From assembly GCF_008831285.2 (NCBI RefSeq), contig NC_045138.2:1860001-1924000 (forward strand): DNA of 64,000 nucleotides. Reading direction: 5' to 3'. The DNA is from Nymphaea colorata. Lineage: Eukaryota. The notes beneath the pieces were generated by a model. The model was given only the letters and a program-made list of their open reading frames with translations. It searched no databases and was not told the origin of the DNA. A program made the translations under genes and the position numbers. The first letter of the stretch is position 1; each line of letters starts with the position of its first letter. Below are positions 52,444 through 64,000 of the stretch, piece after piece.

Positions 52444-52809
52444 TTTTGTCATAGATTTTTTTAGGAATTTGATATATTTTAATATTGTTAATGCTCATAA
52501 AATCTTATGGAGACATCAAATATTAACCAGCAATCCTATTTCCAAATGCACAATGGAGCAGCTAATTAGCATGTCATGACAAACAAATAATTGAAGCTAG
52601 TGTTGTAAAAATCAAACTTAAATTTAGGACGACTGGAATCGATTCGACTCATCGGCCAATAAAATAGCGCCAAATGTAATAAATTATTGATTATTTCTTG
52701 CTCTTGGAATAACTTTAAAGTTGCTATACAATAATAATAATAATTGTAACAATAATAATATTTTTATTCATAGTTGATTCAGCTGATCAATCATTGAATC
52801 GACAGCCTA

Positions 52810-53172
52810 TGTCATGGGCACACTTTTTTCGTCCGGTGTGGCCTGACAATAGCTCCTTCACCTTAAGCCTAAAGGTGCTCAAGAGTGTGCAGATGAGTTG
52901 AGAATAATGAGTGCACTTAGGAATCAAAGATCGCAAGGAAATGGAAAGATGCTCTTGCAATTGACATCGATTGCATTTATCCCAAAAGCGATGCAAGCAA
53001 AGATGTTTGGAAAGAAATTTCAACTTTACTTACATAGGATAACCGAAACCTCTTACAAAAATTCAAATGCCGAACCCCACTGGGGCTGGTGGGAGCGTAC
53101 TCCATTACAGGTAAACAAAAGCATAAACCAAAGACATTATAAGCAAAAAGGAAAGTAAGCAACCGGAGAACA
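52810..53172. mobile_element. Solo LTR with TSD CCTA, copy 2
   Basis: Duplicate of 44388-44750. Confidence 0.75.
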
Positions 53173-54293
53173 CCTAACTAGTTCAATTTAATTTTTGATT
53201 TTCATCATCACTTTGAGACATGCATTTTAGTTTCTTTGGTGCGTCTAAAACACACTTACCTGATCGGTGTAAAAATGGACGCACTAAGGTGCCCTTGATA
53301 GAGAAGAGAAATTACCATTAATTTATTCGGAAACAATCTTTTTTGGAATCTGGGAGTAGGCCATAGTCTCCTCCTCTTTCAGGGTTTATGGCTGCATTGT
53401 GACGTAAGAAGCATGACACCTGTCAACTACAGTGTTGTGCATCAAGTTGATAGGATCTAGACCTAGTTTTGATATAGCAGCTTCTCAGACGAATCTGAGC
53501 CTGGATTTCACAAGTTAGTTTAGCAGAAAGGCGATCTGAAATCCAAACTGGGATCTTATTTTAGGACAAGACGAAACGTGGGCGGATCTCGTCCATAGGT
53601 CTCAAGCCCAATCAAACTGTGCGGGGTCCAAATATGGATTCAATGGTGCTGGCAAGGGCTCAGGTTGTTTGAAGAGTTGTGGCTCTGGGTCCGAGAGTGA
53701 GACGATCCATCCTAGGGGTTCAACCGGGTTTTTGTTGGGGATAAGTTTTTTTTAGCTGTATCAGATTCAATAGCAATTTACAAAGGAGATTGCCCACTCT
53801 CACAGGTCTGCATATAGGGCTGAGCATTGGGCTGGGCTGCTCAAGGCCTGGGCTTGACTTTAATTAAAAAAATAAAATAAAATATATAAATTTAATATAT
53901 TGAATACTGAGAAGTGAAAAAATATATAAAAATATAATAAAAACTTCCTCTTCTCCCACTTACTTGGCCACACAATGTTCCAAAGGCCATCATAACTTAC
54001 GTATACAGGTAGCTTTTGAGTATCAATTTGCTCCATGGATTTAGAATATTGCCGAACACCAACAAAATTTTCCGAACACTTGGAGGCGGCCGCCGCCATG
54101 ATTGATGGTGTTTGCCTTTTTCATGTTATGAGAAGCAGTGTGGGGACACCACGCTTATCTTTGGAGCAACTTGTGTTTGTCGTGCTGCTATATCAAAACT
54201 CTATTTAAAGAGGGAGAGCTCCCTTTTACCTTCACATCTCAGCATCAGATCAAGCTCTGTTCTGTGATCTTGAAAAGCTTCATAATCATAATC

Positions 54294-54529
54294 ATGTCCA
54301 AGCTCATACTCCTTTTCCTCCTCGTCGCACAAGTAATTCTCTCGCAGCGACCTCTCTCTCGCATTCTTTCTTGAACATGTGGCATGTAAACAGCACTTTT
54401 CATGTTCAACTCTTATGGGTATTATGCTTTGGTTGGTCTTAAGAGTATGGATTAAGGGTGTAATCCTCCGGAGTTTTAGGACGACAGGGTTTGTGGTTCT
54501 CTCCTTCCCCACCCCCCAACATCCCCGGC

Positions 54530-54573
<44 letters not shown>

Positions 54574-55307
54574 TACAATAGTGTGGCAGCTTATATGCAC
54601 TTTTTTAAAGCTCATATGATGTGGATGAGGAAGACTGTACCAGAAACTGATAAAAATTTTCTGATTCCAATTATGGCCCGCTGAGCTTGAATAGATCTGC
54701 AAGAAACATCTTTGTATTCCTTTAATATTGGTCATAAAACTGAACCTTCGACTACGTCGTCTACTTTCATCCAGCCTTACAGAGTCTTCATTTTGTCAAC
54801 TCATGATGAAGTCAGATTTTCCTTTTTTTTTTTTTTCTTTTCCTTCCAGCATTTTCGACATTTCAAGTCCATTTGTGTGCGTGTAGGGTGTGCAATATAT
54901 ATATATATATATATCAAGTACCTTGTTGGGATAGAGAATTTTGTCTTGCAGAATTTGTTAAGAAATTCTCATGTATCTTTCCTTGTTCATGCTGACAAAA
55001 TTTTAAACTGGGGACATGAAGTAGCTTCTCATGCTGATGGCCATATATTTAACTTATGGATTAAAAATGTCCTTCCACATTCTTCTTGATTTGCTGCCTA
55101 ATTTTGTGATGCATGTGCTGCAGTTTGCTGAGACGAGTATTGGTTCGGCTTTCAGTCCCTCGAGCTACTGGAAGAGTGTATTGCCGAATACTTTCATGCC
55201 AGATGCCCTTCAGTCCTTATTGCCTGAAGGTACTTGGTTGATCCCGAGAGCTAATTGTATTGCCGAATACTTTCGACTGCATAGTTTTTCTTTTCTCCCA
55301 CTTTAAG

Positions 55308-55359
<52 letters not shown>

Positions 55360-56172
55360 GCCAGATCAAATTCTTATCCTTCTTCAAATTGTGAAATATG
55401 AACTGCAGATACTAGACCTCGTTATGGAGGCAAGTGGGTCGTAGACTCCGGGATATGCTTGATCAATTATATAATTATTTGTCGTCCTCCCAAAGGCCTC
55501 TTCTTGTTGGAGAAGGATCTAAAGCCGAGCATGACCATGGACATAAGTTTTCTCGCGGCTAATATCAACTCGGAACAGAAGCTGCCGACCTTCCTCCCAC
55601 GCCAGGCAGCAGAAGCACTGCCTTTCTCAACCTCCTCCTTCCCCACCATCCTCCGACGCTTCTCCCTGAGCCCACACTCCCCCCAAGCATCTGCCATGAA
55701 AGTGACCCTCGACCTGTGCGAGTCGCCCGCCATTAAAGGGGAGACGAGGTTCTGCGCCACCTCGCTGGAGTCCATGGTCGACTTCGCCACCACCCAGCTC
55801 GGAACCAACAACCTCCGCGTCCTCTCCACCTTGGTTCACCAAGAGAACAAGACCGAGCAGCAGCTTGACCAGTCGTATGTGGTTCGGCCTGGGATCGTGA
55901 AGATGGAGTCCCAAGTCGCAGTGGCGTGCCACCTCATGTCATATCCTTACGCAGTCTTCTACTGTCACAAGACCATGGACACCAAGAGCTTCGTTGTTCC
56001 ATTAATGGCGGAAGAAGGTGGGAGCAGAGTGGACGCAGCGGTTGTGTGCCATGACGATACATCGCACTGGGACCCCAGACATGCCAGCTTTAAGGTGCTA
56101 GGAGTAGAGCCTGGGACCGCATCCATCTGCCATTTCCTTCCTCCCAACCATTTTCTGTGGGTCTCGAAGTGA
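54294..56172 (+). CDS. BURP-domain protein, copy 2 (302 aa); exons 54294-54332, 55124-55229, 55409-56172
   Basis: Same structure as copy 1; visible differences are ESH->ESQ and EED->EEG. Confidence 0.95.
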
Positions 56173-56424
56173 GCGGCCATGGCTGTCCACCGCAAAGAAT
56201 ATCAGTGCTGATGGTGATGGGGAGAAGATACTCCTCCGCATTTGCATGGTCATGGTACTGGTACATTTGGTTATAGTGTGTCTCTAGCTTTGTTAATGGA
56301 TCTTTTAGATACGGACCTAAAATAAAGGCCACTTGTTTGGTCCTTTGTCGGTTAGTCTTGTGAAGCTTATTTAAATAAATCTGTATGAACTAAAAAGTTC
56401 TAACATTGTCAATGTCATTATCAG

Positions 56425-58347
56425 TGTCTCACGGGATCATTTTCTTAGACCTGTGTGGCCCGGCGATATCTTCTTCGTCTTATGCTTAAAGGGACTCAAG
56501 AGTGTATGGATAACTTAAAAATAGCAGTGCAAACAAAAATAAAAAATTGCAAAGAAATGGAAGGATGTTCTTGCAATGGCCTTAGATTATTTTTATTACA
56601 AGAGCGATGTAAACTATGCCTCTTACAAGAATTAAAATGTTCACCCCAAAGACAAAATCTAGTATATATCTTGGGACCGGTTACAGGTAAACAAAAGCAT
56701 AAACCTTTCCTTTTCTTTGATTAGCCGCTCCCGAAAACAAACAAAGAACAACTTAGATTATAAGCAAAAAGGAAAGTAAGCAAAACAGTTTTTTGCATAC
56801 GAGAACATGCTCACCCCTTCAAAACATGTGTTGTCCTCTGCACCAATTGTTGCATGGTAGGTCAAGACGTCCTTTGGGTGTCGTTGCTTCAACCTGAAGG
56901 CATACTCCCATGTCGGCTGCTCTTCGCCAACTCACTTCATCAAATACCTTTTGGGCTCTCCAAGATAGCGGATTTTGTGTCGAAGAATATGCTCCATCTG
57001 TTGGTCCATCGTTCGCTTCGTTGATGGTTGCTTTTTGTAGGATTGGCTCCCCCTGTCGGTCCATTGTTCGTTTCGTTGATGATGACGCTCTTTATAGGGT
57101 CAGCTCTCGCTGCAGCCTGCTCCTCTCCAGGTCTTCTCTATCGACATAGAAAGGCTTCAGATTGTACATATGGAACACCAAATATACTTTAAAGTTTGGT
57201 AGTATATCTAACTTGTACACCAATTTCCTGATCTTTTTTATTATTATGAGATGTCATTCGTACTTTCGTGTCGGGACAGAGTGTCTCCATACGGTATGGG
57301 TACAACTTAACGAGGACCTGGTCTATGATTTTGAACTCTACATGTCGCCGCTTCTTGTCAGACCACTTATTCAGCTTTTTGGTCGCTTTGTGTAAGAATG
57401 TTCTTGCTAACTCCATGTGCTTCTGTCCATCTATGACAAACTTGTAGGAAAAAATTGACCTTCTCTTTCTTGGGCAGCAAGGATGTGTGGATCAATGGCT
57501 GTTGTTCAATAGCTATCTCGAAAAAACTAGGATCTGAAGACTCATTTTTTGTAAGTTGCAGTAGAATTGAGCTACATCTAACAATTTCACGAAATTTTTT
57601 CAATTTCACGTTCACAAAGTGCCCTAAGTATTTGTAGCTCTAATAATAATGTGCTCAGTCTGGCCATTTATCTATACACGAGAGCTTGTTCAAAACAAAG
57701 AGTTCGAGCCCAACAATCGAAATATTCCACGCTAAAACTTGTCTGTGAAGCGAGCATTACAGCCACTGACAATGCTTTTCAGCACGCCGCAATACTTTAC
57801 TATGTTCTTTACGAACATCTCCACCGTCTTTTCTGCAGGGCACTCTTTTGAGGTTGAAATGAAAGTAGCATATTTGGAATTTGTCCATTGAGCTTCCATT
57901 CCTCCATTGGTCCCACTCGTCACATATTTCTTCTGTTCACGAGTCTGTACTACCTTCGCTATTGAATTTGTTTCGTCTGCAGCCATGCTGCTACAGATAG
58001 CAGCCAACCGTGGGATAGCTCAACACCGACTTAGCTCTTCACACCCCACTGTGATAGATGATCAAACTTAGCTCTGATACCGGTTGTCACGGGCTTACTT
58101 TCTTCGGCCCGTGCTGCTCAGTGATAATTCCTTCACTGTAAGCCTAAATGGACTCAAGAGTGTGCGAATAACTTGAAAATAATGAGTGCTTGTGGAAATG
58201 CTTTTGCAATGGGTATAGATTGCATTTATCACAAGATTGATGTAAGCAAAGAGGCTTGGAAAGAAATCTCAACTTTGCTACGTAAGATGGTCGATGCCTC
58301 TTACAAAGATTCAAATGTCGACTGTCTCAAACACATAATCCCCAACA
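56425..58347 (-). mobile_element. Ty3/Gypsy remnant, copy 2 (further deleted)
   Basis: Duplicate of 48010-50257; PBS reverse complement cggtatcagagc at 58071-58082. Confidence 0.8.
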
Positions 58348-59628
58348 TATATTAGGGCCGGTGGGAGGGTGCTTCCTTAGAGGTCGTTTGATAGATGTAT
58401 CATAAGATAGAATAGACAAGACGTCCTGTCTATCACACTACTGTTCTGTCCATCCTGTCGATGTTGTTGTCAATGTTGTTCTCTGTCTATTGTTTGACAG
58501 TTTTAAGAACAAACACCATGTTCCTTATATTCAGCATTTGTTTTTTCTTTATTTATATTGTTTGTCTTGTTTGTCCTGTCCAATGTTTGTTTTTTGGAGT
58601 CTCTTGTTCCATTATAAGATTACTCAAAGGAAGTGCTATATATATATATTTGCTATTTATATAAAAGCAATTACATTGTTCATGAATTATCAACTCTTCA
58701 TAATTGCATGCATAAATATAAACAACCTTCTAGCTGTTTCCCTATACTCTAAATAGTGGTCTCCCCATTCCTATACTCTTTCTTTCTATCTAATAGTACT
58801 TTGTACAGTTGCCATCAAGAATCTGCTCATCATTTCCGTTCACCTTGTAAACTCGATTTGGGCCATCTAGTTGCTTACCATAAAAGTTGAGCATTTTGCA
58901 TATTAATTTAATATTAGAAGGTGAAAATAGCTCATCAAAGAAATAACGTATCATCTAAAGTAATTTTCTATCAAGCGTGAACAATCTTCTGCATACTCCA
59001 AGATATAAACATTTCTACCGAAAAGAAAAAGGAAGAGACTGACATTTTATCAAACAATTTAATGGTTATGCTGTGCACATAGATGAAAGCGTATTGAACA
59101 GTCCCAAGACTGACATTTCATCGAACAATTTAATGGTTTTGTTATGCACATAGATGAAAGCGTATTGAACAGTCCTCGTTGAGCTCAATCATGCTACAAA
59201 TCATGCAAATGAGTGAGAGAACTATCTTAAGAAAAATGTCATTTGGCTAGCTTAGACATAAGGGAGTGTGAGAAAGATGTTTTGGTCGAATCTGGTGGAA
59301 TTTAGTGGCAAGTTCATGGACATATTCAATGGTGCCATTTGACAGCTTTTTGTTTTAGGATTCCTTATTCTGTGCACAGAAAATTCCAGAAGATAATTTT
59401 TTTTTTCATGGACATGGAACCACCTCACTCTTTTTTATTATGTTTCCCTACTGACTATGCCTTTGAGCAGGAAAATAACTTTTTTCCCTATCGAGCTCTG
59501 AACTTGTAGTGCAGGTCTAGAAATAAGAGTGTGCCTTAAAAGTATGAACCAAGACCAGCAAAAAAAGCTTACTGTGTTTTGAAATCGTATCTATGCATGT
59601 TCCACTATTAGTGGAACCTGCATAGATA

Positions 59629-60026
59629 CTATGTCACCAGGGTGCGGCAGAAATGGACCCACACCCACGTCGACACGACGCGGGTGCTGGTGCAACCCAG
59701 ATTCGCACCTAAACCGCACCTACTCATGAGCTCGCACCCAAACCGCACCGGTAACGAGAGAGGGCGGTAGGGAGAGGGAGAGAGTGCGGGAGAAAGGGAC
59801 ACGATTTGGGGGAAATGGAGAGCAATGGTGAGGGGACTGAACGCGAGAGGAAGAGAGGGCGAGTGAGGAGTGCGGGAGGAAGAGAGGTGCAGATAGAGAG
59901 GGCTCCAGCGAGGGGAAAACAGATGCTCACCTGTGTCGATGCTCACCTGTGGAAGAGGGCAACAAAGAGGGAGATAGAGAGGAAGACGGGGAAGAGGAAG
60001 ATGCTCACCTATGTCGATGCTCACCT
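59629..60026 (+). mobile_element. Left end of a hAT-like element (similar terminus to 28982), interrupted by the Copia insertion
   Basis: Starts ctatgtcaccagggtgcgg (compare ctatgtcacatgagtgc at 28982); gcacc/cgggtgc subterminal repeats, then a GA-rich tract. Confidence 0.55.
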
Positions 60027-61014
60027 TGTTAAATGTTATGCAAATCTAGTCGATATAGGCAAGTTGAATCTCTCCAAAGATTTCACCGTTGTAAAATCCC
60101 TCTTTTCTTTCCTTTTTATGAGGATGAGATAATGCTTGGACGTTATGCTCACTCTTGTATAAATATTGTATTTTGATTACCATACAATTAATCAATTTTT
60201 AGTTTTCTTGCGCCCATTGTTTATCATGGTATCAGAGCCTGGTCGAAGTCGACCGGGGCAAGCGCGGGCAGCATCTGCTCGTGCTTGATCTTCCGCAGCA
60301 CCAGAGGATTCTGCAACGGAAGTCTTGCTGGTGTTTCCTTGCAGCAGAAACCCTTCTGTTCAACAGAAATCCTGCGCGCAGCCCCTGTTCTTCTGTTTAC
60401 CACCACCGATGCCGGCAACCGTTGGCCTCCATAGTGCTCAAGCAGCACCCTCTGTTCGTTCTGGTTCCAACGAGCCCAAGCTCGACCGGAACCGACGCCT
60501 GAGTCGGTCGGAAACTCCAGATTTCTGGCCGCCTTCCCTGCATTGTTTTTCTTCTTCACAAACCACTGCCTGCCAACTTCAGAAATTTGCCGTTATTTCC
60601 ACTGACCATCTCTCACCCTGAGACTGAACAGGAATCATCGTCTCTCTGTTGTGCTTCCAACGGTCCGTTGCTCGACCGATTCCGACACCGGTGCTGGCCG
60701 GAATCGCAATTTTTCCGGCCGCTTGTCCCTTTTTCCCCTGTTTTTGGGCGACCCTTATTTCCCCTGTTTTGGGTGAGACGTTTTTAACGGCTGTTGCTGC
60801 GTCCTTGCTTCAGCCGACCTCATTACAAGACAACAGAATCGCCTCTGCTTCCTCCTCTCTGCCTCGTTTTTTCTCTCCGATTTTGGAAAAACGCCCAATT
60901 TCAGGCGACAGAGGAGAAGATCCCCTTAGAAACTGAACAGGCCATTCCAGCCACAGGCAGGCCACCGATCGAGGGGGACGCGAACAGATCTGAGTACCTC
61001 TCTAATCTGAGCTA

Positions 61015-64000
61015 ATGGACCAGAAGCAGAGTCCGGCCGGTGTGGACGAAGGAGTGTCATCTCAACACGCATATGACGAAGACAATCCCTTTTATCTCCA
61101 TCATTCAGACAATCCTGGTACAGTTCTTGTTTCCCAACCCTTAACTGGAGAAAACTATGAAGTTTGGCGTCGTGCTATGACAATGGCTTTGGCAGCTAAG
61201 AACAAACTTGGTTTTGTCGATGGTTCTATTCCTAAACCAACATCTCCTAAATCTCTTGTTGTTTCTTGGGAGCGATGCAACAATATGGTTTTGTCTTGGC
61301 TGCTGAATTCTCTTCATAAAACCTTGTCGTCAATAATGGTTTATGCTAACAACACAGCGCATGTTTGGACTGAGCTTAAAATTCGGTTTTCTCAGTCCAA
61401 TGCTCCTAGACTTTATCATATACAAATGCAGATTATTAACTGCAAACAATTGCAGTCCTCCATTGGTGTTTATTATACTCAACTTAAATCTCTATGGGAT
61501 GAGTATGATTCATATGTTATTTTGCCTACATGTGATTGTGGTGCCATGCGATAAGTTAAGGAGATATATGAACAACAACGTTTGCTTGAATTTTTAATGG
61601 GGCTCAATGAAAGCTACAGTGCTATTCGCAGCCAAATTCTTCTTATGGAGCCAACGCCTTCTATTCCACGTGCTTATTCTTTGCTTGTTCAAGAAGAGCA
61701 TCAACGAGAAGTCCACGTTTCTCTACCATCTGAAAGTATTTCTGCTGCAGCCATTCAACGACGAAAAATGATAGGGACTTTAACGTTAAGTTTAAAGGCA
61801 AACCACGTATGCAATGTGAGCATTGTGGAAGAATGGGGCACACTAAGGCCCGCCGCTATCACATCCATGGTTTTCCTAAGAGGGGCGTCTCTAATTCTCA
61901 AAGCCAGCAGCCTAAGGTAAACTCTTCAACTTCTGATGCTTTATTACCCACTCATTCACCATCAAAATCTCCAACCGGTGGCGTCAACTTCACTCCAGAT
62001 TTGTACCGTCAATTCATGGATTTCTTAAACACACAAACTCTCAAAGTTAACATTGCAGGTATGATACTCCAGCCTATAGCTTGTTCTGTTTATTCACCAA
62101 AGTGGATTATAGATACCGGAGCCACCCATCATATGGCAAACTCCATTTCTATTCTCTCTTTTCCTATTTCAGCTGATTGTAACCCTATTAAAATGCCAAA
62201 TGGATCAACCACACCTGTCACTCATAGAGGACAGGTTCGATTAAATCCATTTCTCACGTTGTCCAATGTTCTTTGTGTCTCAACCTTTTCATTTAATCTT
62301 GTTTCAGTCCCTAAACTTGTCACTGAAAATAATTGTGATGTTATTTTTAATGATTCTTGTTGCATTGTTCAGGACCGTCACTCGAAGAGGATGATTGGGC
62401 GGGGTAAATTGGAGAATGGCCTATATGTTTTGGAGATTGAGAAACCAGCCGCTGCACATGTGATGTCGGATTCTTCAACCTTATGGCACTACTGTCTTGG
62501 TCATCCTTCATTCTATAGACTCAAAACTTTATTTAGTTCTCTTGATTTGTCTCATGTTGATGAACATTGTTCAATTTGTCGTCTTGCCAAACAATCTCGT
62601 TTACCATTTCCCAATAGTTCAATCTCTACTACCAGATGTTTTCAATTGATTCATTGTGATATTTGGGGAGGCTATCAAACGGAGTCACTTTCTGGTGCAC
62701 ATTATTTTTTAACTATTGTCGATGATTTTTCTAGATCCACATGGGTATATTTGATGCGTTACAAACATGAAACCTTTTTTGTAATTCAAAATTTTATTTG
62801 TATGGTGGAAAATCAGTTTCACACAAGGATAAAAAAGCTTCATAGTGACAATAGCCTAGAATTTTTTTCCAATGATATGACCCAATTTTTACAAACCAAG
62901 GGCATAGAAAGACAACACTCTTGTGTCGGCACCCCACAACAAAATGGAGTTGTCGAGCAAAAGCATAAGGATCTCCTCAACATAGCTCGCGCCCTTAGGT
63001 TTCAAGCTAAACTTCCTTTGAAATTTTGGGGAGATTGTGTCTTGACTGCAGCATATTTATTAAACCGTTCGCCCACAAAACCATTAAAGGACAAAACTCC
63101 TTTCGAAATTCTTCATGGCAAACGTCCAACTTATAATCATATTCAGACATTCGGATGTTTATGTTATGCATATAATATTTCAAAACGTCATAAATTTGAC
63201 GCTCGTTCGCAAAAATGTGTCCTTATTGGATATCCGTTTGGACAAAGTGCTTATAAACTTTATGATCTTGAAACACATGAAGTCTTTACAAGTCGTGACG
63301 TTCATTTTGAAGAACATGAGTTTCCTTTTTCTCGCATCAAAGATAGTGATAGTCGGCTTGTGTTACCTCTCCCTACACGTGAATCTCTTGAATATCAAGC
63401 TAAACTTCCTTTGAAATTTTGGGGAGATTGTGTCTTGACTGCAGCATATTTATTAAACCGTTTGTCTACAAAACCATTAAAGGACAAAACTCCTTTCGAA
63501 ATTCTTCATGGCAAACGTCCAACTTATAATCATATTCAGACATTCGGATGTCTATGTTATGCATATAATATTTCAAAACGTCATAAATTTGACGCTCGTT
63601 CGCGAAAATGTGTCCTTATTGGATATCCGTTTGGGCAAAGTGCTTATAAACTTTATGATTTTGAAACACATGAAGTCTTTACAAGTCGTGACGTTCATTT
63701 TGAAGAACATGAGTTTCCTTTTTCTCGCATCAAAGATAGTGATAGTCGGCTTGTGTTACCTCTCCCTACACGTGAATCTCTTGAATATGAGTACATGGTT
63801 CCTAGTCCTGATTCCATATCTCACGAAACTACCACCATATTGTCACATGAACACTCTCTGTCAACCTCACCACATGAACCTCCACCACCCACTATGCCAC
63901 AACCTGCCCCCAACGATACCATTGTTAGTCACCTACCATTAAGGCGTTCTACTCGGCAGCGTATGGTACCATCTCATCTACAAGACTATCGGTGCTTCTA
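61015..64000 (+). pseudogene. Disrupted Copia gag-pol polyprotein
   Basis: gag NPFYLHHSDNPG...KNKLGFVDG; in-frame TAA at 61552-61554; frameshift ~61750-61790; zinc knuckle CEHCGRMGHTKARR has lost its last Cys; the pol frame appears open to the window end. Confidence 0.9.
63002..63788 (+). repeat. 393-bp in-frame tandem duplication within the Copia integrase region
   Basis: tcaagctaaacttcctttg starts at 63002 and 63395; both copies end gaatctcttgaatat. Confidence 0.95.

Larger units (their letters stand above)
51783..59608 (+). repeat. Tandem segmental duplication, copy 2 (ends at a fold-back junction)
   Basis: Collinear with 43362-~51567; lacks ~340 bp of the Gypsy interior (copy 1 ~49460-49798). 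Confidence 0.97.
60027..64000 (+). mobile_element. Ty1/Copia LTR retrotransposon, 5' part (5' LTR ~60027-60226, PBS 60227-60238); continues beyond the window
   Basis: TG...CA 200-bp LTR followed by the tRNA-iMet PBS TGGTATCAGAGC; gag, protease (WIIDTGATHHM), then integrase (IHCDIWG, SDN, QQNGVVE) in Copia order. Confidence 0.95.

Noticed and set aside
35497..56172. SET methyltransferase, DVR and BURP genes as one biosynthetic gene cluster
   Set aside because: The SET gene looks like a conserved housekeeping protein methyltransferase and DVR is a broken fragment; nothing beyond proximity links them to the BURP genes.
60224..61015. Overlapping ORFs upstream of gag
   Set aside because: GC-rich untranslated leader of the Copia element between the PBS and gag.

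Overview
Eukaryotic flowering-plant nuclear DNA: AT-rich, GT-AG introns, many (TA)n/(GA)n microsatellites; the species cannot be determined from the sequence. The left 40 kb is ordinary gene space with four intron-containing genes: phosphoribosylglycinamide formyltransferase PUR3 (+), MPH1 (+), a TPT/nucleotide-sugar-transporter-family gene (+) and a SETD6/RKM3-like SET-domain methyltransferase (-). It also holds three tRNA genes (Pro-UGG, Pro-AGG, Ser-UGA), interspersed with MITE, hAT and LINE debris and a degenerate triplication carrying a possible organellar insert. The right 24 kb is dynamic. It contains a DVR/PCB2 coding fragment inside Harbinger-like termini, an ~8.4-kb tandem duplication with one intact 302-aa BURP-domain gene per copy, a fold-back junction next to a hAT end, and a decaying Ty1/Copia element running off the window. 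The best candidate for an undescribed system is the duplicated BURP gene. Once spliced it has a signal peptide, a complete CH-x10-CH-x26-CH-x25-CH-x8-W motif, and an unusual Tyr/Trp/Cys segment (DTRPRYGGKWVVDSGICLINYIIICRPP) where fused BURP peptide cyclases carry their core peptides. This suggests a self-cyclising plant RiPP (burpitide) with a non-canonical core; it is inference and needs biochemical testing. All exon coordinates were assigned by eye from splice signals and remembered protein motifs.
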